A model generated the notes under the pieces. The model saw only the letters and a list, made by a program, of their open reading frames with translations, did no database searches and was not told where the DNA came from. The translations under genes and the position numbers were made by a program. A stretch of DNA of 63,028 bases, the filler included, from Reticulomyxa filosa (lineage: Eukaryota > Protista > Foraminifera), in assembly GCA_000512085.1 (NCBI GenBank). It is 17 parts of 17 records of this genome, joined end to end, with 100 filler letters (N's around TTAATTAATTAA, not from the genome) between each part and the next. Parts side by side here need not be neighbours in the genome. Positions count along the whole stretch, not along the records: positions 1 to 8,828 come from ASPP01006162.1; positions 8,929 to 19,824 come from ASPP01005852.1; 15 more parts are not named here. The stretch is one strand, 5' to 3'. Shown piece by piece: positions 1 to 14,786 of the stretch (positions within the stretch are counted from its first letter, which is position 1; every line of letters starts with the position of its first letter).

Positions 1-2952
1 TGCAATGACAATGACAAGCAAGACAAAGGAAAGGTAAATAAAAAAGATGAAGAAGAAGATGATGATACGCATGATAATGAAGCGAATAACGATACCGCAA
101 AGCCAACTGCAGATGGGACATCCGCCAAAGAAAAAAAGTCGGCAAAAGGCAAAGAGGAAGCAAAAGAACAAACGAAAAAAACAGCTGCCAAGAAAGTGAC
201 AAAAGAAGATGAAGAAGAGAATGACGGGGATAATAATAATAATAATAATAATAATAAGAATGAAGAGGAAGAAAAAGATGATGATGGCGATGAACATGAT
301 AATAAAGAGATAGTAACGTCTGCAAGCAAAAAGAGAGAAAGCAAGGAGTTGGTCGAAAACAACAGCAATCCTCCTCCTTTGGCCAATGCTATGAAAAAAA
401 TTGCAGTTGAAAAGAATACTACGAAAACACATGAAATGAGAAAGCGATTGAGCACGAGCCTCATTCAGCCTGTTTTGAAAACAGATGACAATAACGCCTC
501 CAACAACGACGATAATGAAAAAAAAGAAGCGCGAAATCGAATTGACAAAGGCAAATACTTGGAAAAACTTCAAGCGAAAAGAGATGAGGAATTGCGTTTT
601 TTGAAAGAGTTGCAAAACAGACAACACCCATTCAATGGCTTGGAAAGCATTTCCCAATACAAAGAAAACTACGAATTAAAATTCATTGATACCGGCATTG
701 ATGGCAAAATTACACCTTTGCCTGGTTTTCTCCATTTAATTCTCTTTTTTTTTTTTTTTTTTTTTTAATTATCATAATATATATATATGCATATGTACAC
801 ATACATTCACTTATTAAATTTCTTGATTTTTTTTTTTTTTTTGTGTAAAGTGTTTTGGAAGTGCATGTTTTACCATCAACGGGGAGAAGAGTGGCAATTT
901 GAAGAGTTTGAAAACGAAGATGAAAATAAAGAGGAAATGATCGCGGAAGCTTGGAAAAACAACACCTTACGGGCATTCATTCCGACCTATGAAGAAACGG
1001 AAAACACGGCCGAAGAGGCCAATGAAGACGAAGAAGAGGAGGAGGAGAAGGACGAGGACGACGACGAAGACGGAAACGAAAATGAAAAAAAACACAAAGG
1101 CAGGAGTGGTGAAGGCGAGGAGTTACTGGAACTGCCTGAATTTGTTTACAATTTCACTGCGGTGAACGAATTGATGGAATATGTCGATTCAAAGTATTGG
1201 GGAGGTGTGGACGAAAGCGACAACATCAATGAAAGCGACACCCATGAAACGTTGTTTGTCTATCGCATTCGAAGATGGATGCCAAGCAATGAAAAAGAAG
1301 CCGAAGAAGCCATTCCATACGAGTCCCTGCCAGGAGACAAGCCTCGCCTAGAAACTGAAGGTGAAGCCACATTGGTTGATGATTTGGTGTGCATCCAAAA
1401 CAAGTCCTGTCTTGACAAGTTTCAAAATTATTTCTCTTCTCCTTTCTCCAAACAGTAAAAAAAAAAAAACAAAAACAAAAAGAGTCTTTATGGACGAATA
1501 CACAGACCCACTTGGCATCGGTGGTTGAAGGGTGGCAACAAAGGTTTGCGTTACATCCGAAAGAGTGGTTTAATCGACACCAAGTATCCAATCTGTGGCA
1601 AAGAAAATAACGGTACGATATTGGAAGGCGTGTGCCAAATTGGTGACTTTGTTATTGGCGCGTCCAGTGAATCTGCACAATCCAAGTATTCTATCTTGCG
1701 GTTGGATGCATTGGCTCCAGCACGTTAGTTTTTTTTTTATGTGCGTCCACATATGTGTATATGTTTATATATACGTATATGTATATGTGTTTTTGTAAAC
1801 AAAAAGTCATTCGATATGCAATGTTGACACCGCCGATTGTAAATTTGGGAAGTGGTGTCGTTCAATCGCTGATGACAACTGCCAGTGGTAGCGACTTGCC
1901 GTTAATTCGGGGCAATGGTTTGCTGTTCAACAACTTGCAACAGTATTTGACATTAGGTGGCCCGCAGACTACTGTCAAGATCGATTTACAGACGGTTTTG
2001 CACCAACATAAAAAATATAATGCCAAAGGTGCCTCGCAACTCCCTGATGTTTGGACATTGACTGTTTGCTTTTGCCATCCTGCACCTTCAGTTTTGTACT
2101 TTTCATTGTTTTGCATAAATACCCTTTGTGCTAGTGCAACACATCACACAGCCAACTTTGAGGCATCGAATAATAATACACAATAGTCCAATGATGCAGT
2201 GATATTATCAAAAAAGTTCCATTGAAATTGAAATTCAAAGTCGATTCACTATGGATGTCCACAACAACTATGTCTTCTCAGAGGAGTGGTTAATCATACG
2301 CTTATTCGATTCCTCTACCGAAAAACAGCAACGCAATCAACCAATCACGATTCGAAGCAAAATTCGAGTTTAACAATATTTGCTTAATACTTATTTGCGT
2401 GTGTGTGTGTGTATGTGTGTGCGCACAGCTAATATATGTATAAATTTTTGTGTCGATTTATAATAGAATAACTTTAGATCGTGGAGTTACAACATTGGGA
2501 CCCAACAGAAACAATGGGGACAAATGGAATTTGATAATAATACTTACTGCCTTATTCTAACAAAATTGGAGGGTAATTGTTTATTTGTTCTTCTTGTGTG
2601 CCCTTTTTTTTTGAATTATGTGTTTGCCTGAAATTCCTCAGATGGCTCCGTTCGTTGCATTTTGAACGGTAAGGAAGTGTTAATTGAAGAGGGCGACGAG
2701 TCAGAACCCGGAAGTACAAATTTGCTGAGCACCGCGCCATCCAAATTCTTATTTTTGGGACACAAATGTAAAAGTGGTGATAAAGGAATACCAATCAAAT
2801 TGTTCAATGGCCATCTCTTTGAGCTTTCATTGTATCCTTTTGTGTTCAGAGAGTTTGAGATTCGAAGTTATTGGTCCCAATGCAAAGCCCATCTTCAAAA
2901 ATATCTCAATGAACCCGAAATTTCTGATATGTTCACACATGCACTTTTGTGA
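1..2952 (+). CDS. Large multi-exon protein, 5' partial: acidic low-complexity N-terminus and possible LamG/concanavalin-like C-terminal domain
   Basis: ORFs 196-768, 787-1458, 1525-1728, 1755-2186 and 2662-2952 join in frame through GT-AG introns (725-850, 1387-1482, 1724-1806 and others). The C-terminus VRCILNGKEV...FLGHK...FNGHLFELSLYPFVF resembles LamG endings. Confidence 0.6.
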
Positions 2953-3305
2953 ACGCTTTTTGTGTATTGCCTGCATCTTTATTTGATTTTGTTATATGTT
3001 ACTAGACTTCATTTGTGATGTTTGTAAAGATTGACAGATATTCTGACATTTTATTGCGTTGATGCATTTTTTCCTTTCATTTGCTTTTTTTGTTGCGCAA
3101 ATAGTAAACTTTTTTTCGTAAGAGAGAAATCAATTCCAGTTCGGAATTTATTTCAAAGTCTTCATAGTAAAATTAACCTTGAAAGATAAGTTGAAAAGTT
3201 CATAAAAGAACATTTTCAACTTTGGAGACCTGCGCCTGTGTTGACAGTCGGAAATTAACTTGACTGGATTTTTGCAGCATTTCTTAAATTGGGAAAGCAA
3301 ACATC

Positions 3306-5755
3306 ATGTCCATTTTCAGCGAAGAACGCACAGCAAAGACGAGAAAGGCGCTATTGAAAGATTGCCCTCGCACCAAAAACATGTCACCAAACCAAACACA
3401 GCACAAATTGAGCCAAAAGGTGGCAATGAACAATATCTATTTGAAGCTCCAACAAAGAGAATATCCCTGCACCAACCTTAATACAAGCCAGGATAGATAC
3501 GTCAGAACAGTGGAGTTTCACAATTACAACTTGAAAGTTACTTGGTTATATCTGCTTTGTAACTGCATAATAAAAAAATTTTTCTTTGGTTTAACATTAG
3601 TGTAGGCATTTGCCAACATTTTTGAAAAAATTCATTTAAGTGAATTGGATTTACAAAGATTTCAGCAACCACGTCCAGAAATTATCGAATTGTTTTGTGC
3701 CGAAGACGTAATTATTTTGTTGACAAGGAATGGGCTGGGTGTTGCATTTGAAAGGAGTTTTGCATTTGTTTGATTTTTTTGTTGAAAAAAAAAAGAGAAA
3801 AGAAATAACGAAGAGTAGAAAAAGAAAAAAGACAGCAGCCAATCAACTATAAAAAAACCTCAAATTTCGATTGGGTGAATCTCCAAAAAAAAAAGAAGAT
3901 TAACAAAATGATGTGTGGAATGTTTGGGTGGCAAAGGAAATTTGGAAGTATTGTGCTATTTGAACACGGAAGTGCATCAACGCTTCAAAGCAGCTTATCA
4001 CAACAAGCAAGCTGGAGCTATTTTGACAGTTTCAATATTCGATGAGAGTCCGCAACACAGCAACGAGTTGTTTGTGCACAGTTTGTGTTTGGAGTTATGA
4101 TCACTAAGTGTAAAACAAAAGTAAAGAAATTTTTTTACGTGTTTTTATTTCTTTTTTTATTTTATTGTTTTTTGTTTTTTTGCCTGTTTATCATGTAATC
4201 AATAGACACGTTCGTAAACGTAAACCACAATTGGCGAAAAGAATTCTCTCTCAAGAACGCATTTTGCATCCAGGGTTTGTAGAGTTTGATGACAACAACG
4301 CCAAAATATTGACTTATAACGCAAATGACAAGTTACAAATTTTTTCATTTCCACACATATGTCAATTCCTCTTCTCTTCTTTTGCTGTTGTGCCTGTTTC
4401 GTGGTCGTGCTCTTTTCGGTTGTGAAAAAACAAACTCAAATTAATACATGGATTGGAGTTGATACCAATTGTAACAGATTTTATCGCATTTGGAATTGCA
4501 AAGATCACTCTCTGGCTTGTCAAATTCCAAACAATGATGGAAAAATTCAAGAAGTCAAGATCAGGTATTTCGTCATTTGTTTGTTTTTTTTTTGAAATTT
4601 GTTGTTGTGGTTGTTGTGCAGCTGCGGGGTTGCAGTGAAAATTTATGAGATTGGCAACAACGATAAGCATTTGAAGGTGGAATTGGCAAATGCAAACAAC
4701 GGCAAAGTTTTTTTTGAATTATTTTTTTTATTCTTTCTTGGTATTGTTGTACAAGAGACTAAAGACTAAAACTGAGTTTTTTTTGTATTGCAACGAGTCC
4801 TACCGCGTTGTCCATATTCCAATTCAATCTCAAGTGAAATGTGATTTTATTGAGTTGTTTGGAGATAAGCTGTTGCTTGGTCAAAAGGGGAAAAAATTGG
4901 TTGTTTTTGACGTTAAGAATGATTGTACTGTATGTGGGTGTCATTCAAAGAACAAGTTGTTGGTAACAGATGAGCCAGGACAAGATTGTTCGGGAATGTA
5001 AAAATTTTGTAATTCCAGAGGCATTTTTACATATCACTGATTCATCCAAATTGCTATTGGTGAAAAGTGGAAAGCTGTTTGTTCTGGACTTTATGACAGA
5101 CAGTGTGTTACAGTTTCGCATTTCTTTGTGTCTTGGCCTAGAATATGTTTATTGATCGTGATTCATTTGCTAACACAGGGTGGAAACAACGTCTGAATAT
5201 TCTCGACATGCAAGTGTTGGGTTGTTTGTCAGTTCAAATCAAGATACCTTGGCGACTTACTGTCGTCAAAAAATTGGAACGAAGCATATCGGTAACGCTT
5301 GTATTTTTTTTGTCTTATCCAATGCTACTTTACAAATATCACAAAAATTAGGATCAGTCAATCTAAATTGTTTGTCAACTGGAAAACTCCTTGGCAGTAT
5401 TCAATGTCCAATTGATGACACGAGAGTGTCTTGCAGCCCAATTTCAGAAAAAAAATTCAAAAACCAAATGAGTCCACCAAATCCATTGGGGTCGGTTTGT
5501 GGCGTATTCTACAATGAAATAATGAATGAAATCTACACTGGAAATACCAATGGATTCATTCATGTTTGGGGCGTTGCACCAGATACTAGTGAAGATTATT
5601 TGGTGAACAACAAATCACATGGTAGTTATGCTCCTTATCAACCCGAATCAAGTGAAGATGAATGGATTTTTCCGTATGAAATGGAAAGCACCAAAGATAC
5701 ACAAAAACAAATTGATGTCGACAATAAAGAAAATCAACAATTTTTTTCTCAATAA
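3306..5755 (+). CDS. Conserved eukaryotic beta-propeller-like protein of unknown function (PGFVEFDD family)
   Basis: Spliced product contains EIIELFCAEDVIILLTRNGLGVAF, LCYLN...YHNKQ, PGFVEFDDNNAKILTY, IQEVKI and FYNEIMNEIYTGNTNGFIHVW. These match a plant/protist family recalled as PGFVEFDDVNGKVLTY...EIYTGN. Confidence 0.7.
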
Positions 5756-6061
5756 CCAAAAAATGGTGGTTCTCGGTTTGGAGTTTGAAATTTTTGTTGA
5801 TTTTGTGCAAAATCAATTTCAGTTCAAGCTTGTGCAGTTTGTCACAATAAACTTGGGACTTCAATTAATATCCGAAAAATTCAATACACCAAAATCGTTG
5901 TGGAAAAAGAACAATGTACGAAATCATTATCTCAAAGAACATTTTTTCTGTGATGATCAGCATTGCATTCATTTTATGTTAATTTTTTTCCATAATTGAG
6001 TACAACATTCTCATAAGCTCACAATTTTTATGCCAATTTTTTGTAACTCACCGTATTTGAA

Positions 6062-7116
6062 ATGGAGGGACACGCCGAACAAATGTCAGCCTTTTCCAGT
6101 ACATTGACAAAAGATAATCCAAACAAATCGCAATACACTTGGTCCAGACGCGAAGAGAGAGAATTAAAACAATTACTGGAGTTGTACCAAAATCTAGAAG
6201 AAAGAGAAAACGAACAAACACAAATTGCGACATATTGGCACACACAAACTGTCAAAAGATTGGAAGTTGCTCAAAAAGTTGAGATATATTGTTTCAAAGA
6301 GAAGAGGATCGCAAAGACTGTGATGTGTTTCCTTCTTAACCTCTGTAATATTAAACATAAAGAAAATCGCAATCGAAGAAGCTTTAATTGAAGATCAGGT
6401 CAGAATAAGCGATGCAAAAACAGTAAGTGACCTCTTGGAATTACAGCAAACAATTTATCACATAAGAAAAAGAATGGAAAGAAATGCTACCAAAAGGTTT
6501 GTGATCCAATTTCGTTAAATCTTTTCTGGAACTAAGCAAAAATTGCATAAAACCAGAAAACGCGCTCAGCAATGTGAAGCAAAAGATCGCAAAAAACAAT
6601 TTTATCAGCTATTATCCGAAAAAAAAAATCCAGTGTTGATATTCAAAACTGAAGAGGAGATGCGCAGAATCCAATTGCAACAAAATTTACTTGTGGAAAA
6701 GATCGCAAAACAAAAAATGCAAATCCAAAGTATTTTGGGCACAGAACTCGACAACAGAATTCAAGAACAAAATCTGTTATTGCAGGAACAATCACTTCTC
6801 CAAAAAAAAGAGTTTCAAGCTGCCAAAATGTGGAATAACAAGCTCAAAAAATTAAGTGGAAAGGTAACACAATTTACAAATCGATCTCACACAACGTTTC
6901 TAACAAAAATTTGATAAAATGACATTAATATAGATCATGTTAGATCCAGGAAATCAAATACAAACGGTCTATCCGTCTGATCACTCGATAGCGAGTGATC
7001 AAATCCTTGGCACAGGACTTACAAATAAAAAGCTTTACGGTCGAGTACCACAATCACTACAAGCGAAGAGTGCCAGTATTAACCGCAACTGCACACTCAC
7101 CGAGTCTTCAGTATAA
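6062..7116 (+). CDS. Coiled-coil protein of unknown function (multi-exon)
   Basis: Q/E/K-rich ORFs 6062-6391 and 6543-6914, plus a final exon ending in TAA at 7114-7116. Confidence 0.5.
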
Positions 7117-8210
7117 TCAAATGAGTGACTGTTGAATAAACCAACGAATCAACAGCATACAAAATGAAGATGCACAACAGTGTAAAAGTTCTGACGGTTT
7201 TCCAAAACTATGTTTCAAGTGCAGCGACGCACAAAGTACTACCTTACGTCATGTAGAAAATACCAAATGTTCGTAACCGTGTTTTGTCCCATACAAAAAT
7301 GCTATGTTTAAAGAAAGTTAATTTAGCAATAAAATAAACAAAATAAAATTTTTTAAAGTCGTGTTTCATTTCATTTCCACCTGAATTTATCAAATTAAAA
7401 ATCTTTTGCGCAATATAAAATATTCTTTCAGTTTTGTTTTCTTTTCAACAAGTTCACCAGCAACAATTGTTTCCTCGCTCATGAGCAATTCTCCAAGTAG
7501 ATTTTGTGTTATAATGTAGTATTTGCGATTGCGTCAAAAGCTATTTAATACGAATAATTTTGTAGCGTAAAATAAAAAAACTGAACCAACTCCCCTTGTA
7601 ACACTACAGTTTTAATTGATTTGCTAAAATACTCAATAACAATAAATTCAACAAATAAATAAATAACAATACATTTTTTAATTGAAAACACAAAAATAAA
7701 ATTATGATTAACTGAACAGTTTCTTAAAAAGGGTCTAGTTAGAGGTTTTTTCTTTTTTTATCCAGTATCGTTAATCTAGTTGCTAAAAATCAAAGTTTAG
7801 TAAAAAAAGTTTTTCATTTCCAGATTGCCGACGAAATCTTCTGTACAAAAGTAACTTCAAACGTTCGAAACAACTATAACGACTTTGTCACAAGTTTTTT
7901 GATCAAAGTGCACCGATCAAACATATCACATGATAGATTGTCATAGGAAATATGTTGTGCAAATCCGACAACATGTCAATCTTTTTAAATATTCGTATGT
8001 TACAATCACCACGCAATTTTTTTTCCAATACAATAAGAAAGTTAGTATTGAGTCAAAAAATATAAAGTTGTACTTTTGAACGGCTAAGAAGAGCAGAGCG
8101 CCCAATAGACCCTTTGGCCCACAAATTGGAGATTTGGTTCCGAAAAAATACACAAGAAATACCGAAAAAAGGAGTATTTCCTTTTAGACACATTCGCACC
8201 AAAAAAAAAA

Positions 8211-8828
8211 TCATCCGACAACGTGTTGATTCACTTCCTTTTTTTGTTGCCCTAATCGTTTGGCACATTTGGACAATTCTCTTTGATCAATTTCAATGGA
8301 AGTACCAGTATTTTTGACAAAGGTGATAGCTTGTTCCAAGAATTCGTCAAAAAATTTTCTGCATTGCATGGTGACATAACTTTCCATGCATTCTAAAATG
8401 AATTCAACTTCGACAAAGATCAACTGTAGTCCACCAACTCCCAATATGACTGATTTGGAGGTTTTTTGAGAAGGCTTTGAGGGAATGTCGCTGGAAGGGG
8501 CAATATTGTTTGTAAGGGAGGCATTTTCATCATCGAAGTCACTTGGAATATGGATTTTCAATCCACGTACAAACATTTCCAAGCACTTTTCCATGACAAA
8601 GACAACAGCTTCAGCACCTAAATAGTGATCAATATTTTGTTTGAGGTCTTCTAATTTTTTGATCACATCATGCATAGGTTTAGTGATCTGTGCATCCTTG
8701 GTATTGAAAAGCAGCAAAGTGGCATACTTGGTGCCAAAGCCTTTTTTTGTGTTTCCATTGGGAGTGTACAACTCTTGGGTCCATCCCAAGACTTTTTCCA
8801 TCTCAACACCGTGATACACACCGAACCG
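8211..8828 (-). CDS. Partial helical tethering-complex subunit, possibly Exo84-like C-terminal region
   Basis: LGVGGLQLIFVEVEFI...FFDEFLEQAITFVKNTG resembles the plant Exo84 C-terminal motif (LGPxGLQQxxLDMxF). Truncated by a spacer. Confidence 0.4.
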   Translation of the reverse strand, partial: RFGVYHGVEMEKVLGWTQELYTPNGNTKKGFGTKYATLLLFNTKDAQITKPMHDVIKKLEDLKQNIDHYLGAEAVVFVMEKCLEMFVRGLKIHIPSDFDDENASLTNNIAPSSDIPSKPSQKTSKSVILGVGGLQLIFVEVEFILECMESYVTMQCRKFFDEFLEQAITFVKNTGTSIEIDQRELSKCAKRLGQQKKEVNQHVVG

Positions 8829-8928
8829 NNNNNNNNNNNNNNNNNNNNNNNNNNNNNNNNNNNNNNNNNNNNTTAATTAATTAANNNNNNNNNNNNNNNN
8901 NNNNNNNNNNNNNNNNNNNNNNNNNNNN
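8829..8928. other. Artificial contig-joining spacer N44-TTAATTAATTAA-N44 (first of 16)
   Basis: Identical 100-nt spacers at 8829, 19825, 22177, 26604, 28049, 29703, 32199, 33535, 41459, 44297, 45595, 47475, 49578, 51433, 58344 and 59750. The core gives stops in all six frames. Genes are truncated at the spacers. Confidence 0.98.
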
Positions 8929-9947
<1,019 letters not shown>

Positions 9948-10718
9948 AGAGTTTTTAAGGCTACCTCTTGTTATTTGCGGCAAAGAAAGCCATGTTGAAA
10001 TAAAAAAACGCACTTTGTTGTTCGAGAATGGGTGGGTTGTGCTGTTTTGACATTGTGTTTGTGTTTTGTTCTCATGAGCAATGTCACAATCGATTTTGTG
10101 AAATCACTTACGCAATCATTGATCAATACAATCCATGTGCAGAATTTTCTTGGGCTAGTTCCTTGTGCACGATCGTCACTAAAAAAAAATTTTGCTTTTT
10201 ATTAGGGTGGCACATCTACTTATGTCATTAGCAACTAATTTTTTAACTAAAAAAAAAATAGATATGCCATTTTTGCAATATCTTTTGCAGATTATTGATT
10301 CAATTCTCAGAGGAAAAAAGAAATGTTTGTCTCGAATTCTACCTTTCAAAAACAAAAGATAAAAACAATACAAAACGTAAAAATAAAGAAACAGACAACC
10401 CTGAAAATTCGGATAAAAGAATTATCCATAGTTATGACGTTTCAAGAAATATCACACAAACAATACAAAATAAAAAAACGACGAGATCATCAAACAGCAA
10501 AAACATAGGTGATACCAAATAAGTCCTAAAAACATGGTACATCCTCAATTTCAACATATATTGATTTTATGTAACTTCATTTGGTTTTTTTTTCCTTCAA
10601 ATGATTAAAATAAAAGCCATTGGTGGGGCAAACAAAGCAAAATCCATCCAGTACAGTTTTTTTTTTTTGGGTAACAAATCCAAGAAAGGAGGAAGTAAGG
10701 CATGAACAGTTTTGTGAT

Positions 10719-11797
10719 TCATGTCATGCCAAAAGCAAAGGAAATGGGTGGTAACACTGAATAAGTGCAAAATCCAACATCCACTCCATCACGTAATTTA
10801 GCACTTGATCTACACTCTTGAATTTTGTGATGGAGTAATGAATGGTTGATGCTCTCTTTTATCGTGGTTATAATTTCATTGCGATACTTATATCGACTCC
10901 TAGTTTTGGATGAAACGAAAAATGTGGTAAAACAGCCATATTTGGACTGAAAATTATTAACGTGTACACAATTGATGTCAAGTCCATATATTTCTTTGTC
11001 AGCAAATGGCTGCTGTACTTGTGAAAACAAATCTGTGGATGTGGATAATGGTTGCATTTGCATACTTTTGTTGGCAAGGATAGGCCAAAGTTGTGTTTGA
11101 CATTTTAGCCAATAAGACAGAGACAATGACTTTGGATTGTAAAAAGACATCACCATATCACACTCATTATTGTTGAACAAATCATAGCCGACTAAACATA
11201 TATTTTGAAGCGCGTTTGATGGAGTCAAGTACAAGTTTTTCGAAAACAGGGTGACATTAATTGGAAGGATTGTAATATCCGTCGAAAATTGAAATGCAAA
11301 TTTCTTGTCATCCCAAATTGTTTCTTGTGCACTTTTTTTTTGGATCAATTGATCACTCTTTTGCTTTTCCAATTCTTGTTGTTGTTGTTTTGGATTATAC
11401 ATTTCTGTTTTTTTTCTACCACCGATCCCATGTTAAATATCACTGAATACGGAATTGATGTCACATTTGTTGGTAAGTTATTATGAATCAAACATTTCAC
11501 ATATTTCACACTGTCTTCCCGAACAAATTTCAATTCTAATGGAAAGTACTTATTACTTGGATTCCATTTTGACGATAATGACGCCATAGATAAATAGCGA
11601 CTCTCATTTTTGCTGGATGCTATGCAAGGTGTTGCTTCTGACGGTTTTGTCGCGAAATAGTGAGCTATCGCTGGGAATATCAATGACAATATTGACATCC
11701 ATATCAACAAATGAATCAAAATGTTGTTTGTGGTTGATTTTATATTTGAACCACGTAGGCTTGTAAGCCAAGAAAGTCCTTCGAACATTGCAATCAC
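10719..11797 (-). CDS. Uncharacterised membrane protein (frameshifted; gene or pseudogene)
   Basis: ORF 11345-11797 (with a TM helix) and ORF 10719-11402 join by a 1-nt change in the A8 run at 11408-11415. Further hydrophobic sequence lies downstream. Confidence 0.4.
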
Positions 11798-12381
11798 TTC
11801 CTTTTTTCTCTGGCTAGCTCAATTTTTTTTTCCTTCCAAACAAGATTGCTAATCATCGTTTCTGTTTTTTATAGCCATGGTCATTTTTGGAGCTTAAATA
11901 AATGATTATTTATTAAATAATCTTGAAAAAAATTTGTAAAACATAAATTAGCATGAAAGAAAAAGTTATCCATCATATTTTTAAATTTAATCAAGTCAAA
12001 TTATTCACATTATCTTTCAATTATATAAAATGTCCTTAGTAATGTTTATGTATTAAAAGATAATTGTGTTAGCATGTTCTATGCTAGATATTCAATCGGA
12101 CAAGGCAATTGTATCCACAATCGATGCCAGTAAAAATGTTGCTGCACAACTACTGTTAAGACACTTAAATGTTTTGTTTTTGATTATCAACAAATTAAAT
12201 TTAGTTGAAGAAAAAGATACGATTAATAGTTTGCCATTGAAGTTACAAATAAAAATGGAGATAACTTGTTCTATCAGTTGCAAACTTGGGGGGGGTGGAC
12301 GCAAGTATTTTTTCGAAATAGATAGTTTTCTTTTTTTTTTCTTCTGTGAAGTTTGCCAAGAAATTCAAAGGCAATAAGAAT

Positions 12382-12975
12382 ATGGAAATAAATGCACACT
12401 ATTACAATGAACAAAGAGGTGATGGACCAAAGTTTATTTTAGTGATATTACTTCTAGAAATACTAAGTTTAATAGTGCTCGCATGTTTTGGAATTTGGAA
12501 CATGCACGCATTGTTTGGTGCTGCTGTTTTCCATTTTTTTGTGTATTGTGGTTTCCGAGTGTTGGTGATTGCACATAAGGCCGAGAGTGAGCCTTATTTA
12601 GATGTGCGTTTTGGTCCATGTAATCTCAAATGTTTTGGCCAGTCGAAGCAAATCTACTACTCTGACATTGAGTATTTCACTATTATTCCATACAATGCGT
12701 GGTGTGACATCTATGGTGTAAGGATAAGAAGATGGGGCTCATTATTGTACTCAAACCCAAAGTATAGATGCTGTTCGTCTCAAATCCCACATGTAGTATT
12801 TGCGTTCCACATGAAGAGTACGTCAAGATTACGATATGGCTTATGCTGTGGACGTGTGAACGAATTCTTATTGGTGACAGATGATCTTTACAATTTGAAA
12901 AATCATTTAATTGAAGAATGTGATGTTACTTTTCGAGATAACTCGCGTACAGGTGAAATAAGGGAAATGTTGTAG
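12382..12975 (+). CDS. Small intronless membrane protein: two N-terminal TM helices and a Cys-rich soluble part
   Basis: 198-codon ORF from ATG 12382 with hydrophobic segments FILVILLLEILSLIVLACFGIW and ALFGAAVFHFFVYCGF. Confidence 0.55.
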   Translation: MEINAHYYNEQRGDGPKFILVILLLEILSLIVLACFGIWNMHALFGAAVFHFFVYCGFRVLVIAHKAESEPYLDVRFGPCNLKCFGQSKQIYYSDIEYFTIIPYNAWCDIYGVRIRRWGSLLYSNPKYRCCSSQIPHVVFAFHMKSTSRLRYGLCCGRVNEFLLVTDDLYNLKNHLIEECDVTFRDNSRTGEIREML

Positions 12976-13385
12976 GTCAGCACAAGTGATTGTAGGTTGT
13001 TTTTTATTTTCGTGTTTAAGTCTAAGTATCTTTAAAAATGAAGAGCGCGCAGTAATTATCGGAACATATATACCTTTTTTTCCTTCCTAAAATTTTCTTC
13101 CAAATGACTTCAGATGCTATTAAACTTAAATAAACATTTTTTTTTTTCACTACCACAACTCGTTGGGCTGGATTTGGATACTACGTAACTTGAGAGAAAG
13201 AACAAAAAAAATCGTTTATTTTATATGCTTGCATGTTCAAGTCACTTTTTGGAAAAAAATTAAAATACTTTCCTTGTTACAAACGTTTCGTCGGCCGAAA
13301 ACTGTGAAATCAACAAAAGCAGGTACCCAGGAACGACGAGTGCAATCAGACAACTTCAAATCATACCAGTTTCCCCACATCATCA

Positions 13386-14786
13386 ATGAAGGAGAAAGAA
13401 GCTCTGGGATTAGTATTAGCGACAGGAGCAGGTCTGTTAGCGCCATTTGGTGCGTTATTAGCGACCTTTATTCCGACAAGGCAGTTCCGAATGGTTCCAT
13501 TGGTATTGGGGTTCAGTGTGGGGATCTTGGTTTGGGTGTCTCTAGTAACAATGCATCCAGTAGCATTGCGAAATTTTGAAGAAGCTGCACAAGCACATTA
13601 CGGAGAAAATTGGCACGAGTCACATGGGTACATACCGAGGTTATACACAATGTTGAGTATAATGGGAGGATTGTTATTGGGTGTGATAATGGACAAAGTA
13701 GTGAAATGGATGGACAAAGAAGAAACTATCCCAAGAAGACCAAGGCTAAACACCAATGGCACACACACGACACAAAAATCAGGTTATCGAAAGGGGTCAG
13801 ATGATTCGAGTTCCTATCAATCCGGAGATAGCAACGCTAACAATCACTCGGTCCCAAAGGTACAAAAGCAATCCACCACAGATTGTAATGATGAAGATGG
13901 GGGCGAACTCCACCAATCCGAGTTGTGTGTGTTGTCCAATCACGCCATTGAAAGCATTGAATCTCAGGCCAAGCAAAATGGAAAACTGTCGGATCATTCC
14001 GAATTGCTTTCCAATAAACAAAGCAAAAATGAACCTCAATCTTATGGGACCGATCAACTTAACACTAATTTGCTGAGTTGGATTTTTTTGTTTTGTTTTG
14101 TTTCCGTCAATCAAAAAAAAAAAGTGTGTGTACGTGTAAAATATATGTATATAAAAAAAAAAAGAGGAAAATGAAGAAAAAGAAAATGAGGATAGTATAC
14201 CGCCATTGACAAGACAAGAGTCGCAACGTCTTCTTAATGCAATTGCTATTTCCATTTTTGCAGTTTGACACATACTTGTATGTTTTTTTTTAAAATGGCA
14301 AAGAAATGTTGTTTTTTTATTAAAAAAAAGGCTTCCATTGACAACTTCCCTGAAGGATTGGCAATATTTATGAGTACTGTAGACAAAGTAGATTTGGGGG
14401 TGCTTGTTGCAGTGGCGGTTGGAATCTACAATTTTCCAATGGGTGTGTCCACGTCGATGCCAATCTATATGATTAGCAAGGGGTCAATCACGGCGAGGCG
14501 GTGCAAGGCCATTGGAGCAGGGCTGGCTGTTGGCGTCCCAAACATTATTGGTGGGGTCGTTGGCTTCCTTATTTTGTCCTTGACCGAGAATGACACTGAA
14601 GTACTTGCTACCAATACTAAAGGCATTATGTTTGGAGTCATTGCAGGGCTAATGATCTGGACTGCTTGGAAAGAACTTTTACCCGAGTGTCGAATACACG
14701 ATTCTGACGATAAATATACCACGAAGCTTATTTTTGTCGGCTTTTTGGTTATGGATCTGTCATTGATACTGGTCGACAGTCTTTAG
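13386..14786 (+). CDS. ZIP/ZupT (GufA-like) metal transporter with degenerate metal-binding motifs
   Basis: 3 TMs, a long loop, then 5 TMs. Motifs DNFPEGLAIF, AVGIYNFPMG, GVIAGLMIWTAWKELLPE. Introns 14077-14164 and 14263-14330. Confidence 0.88.
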
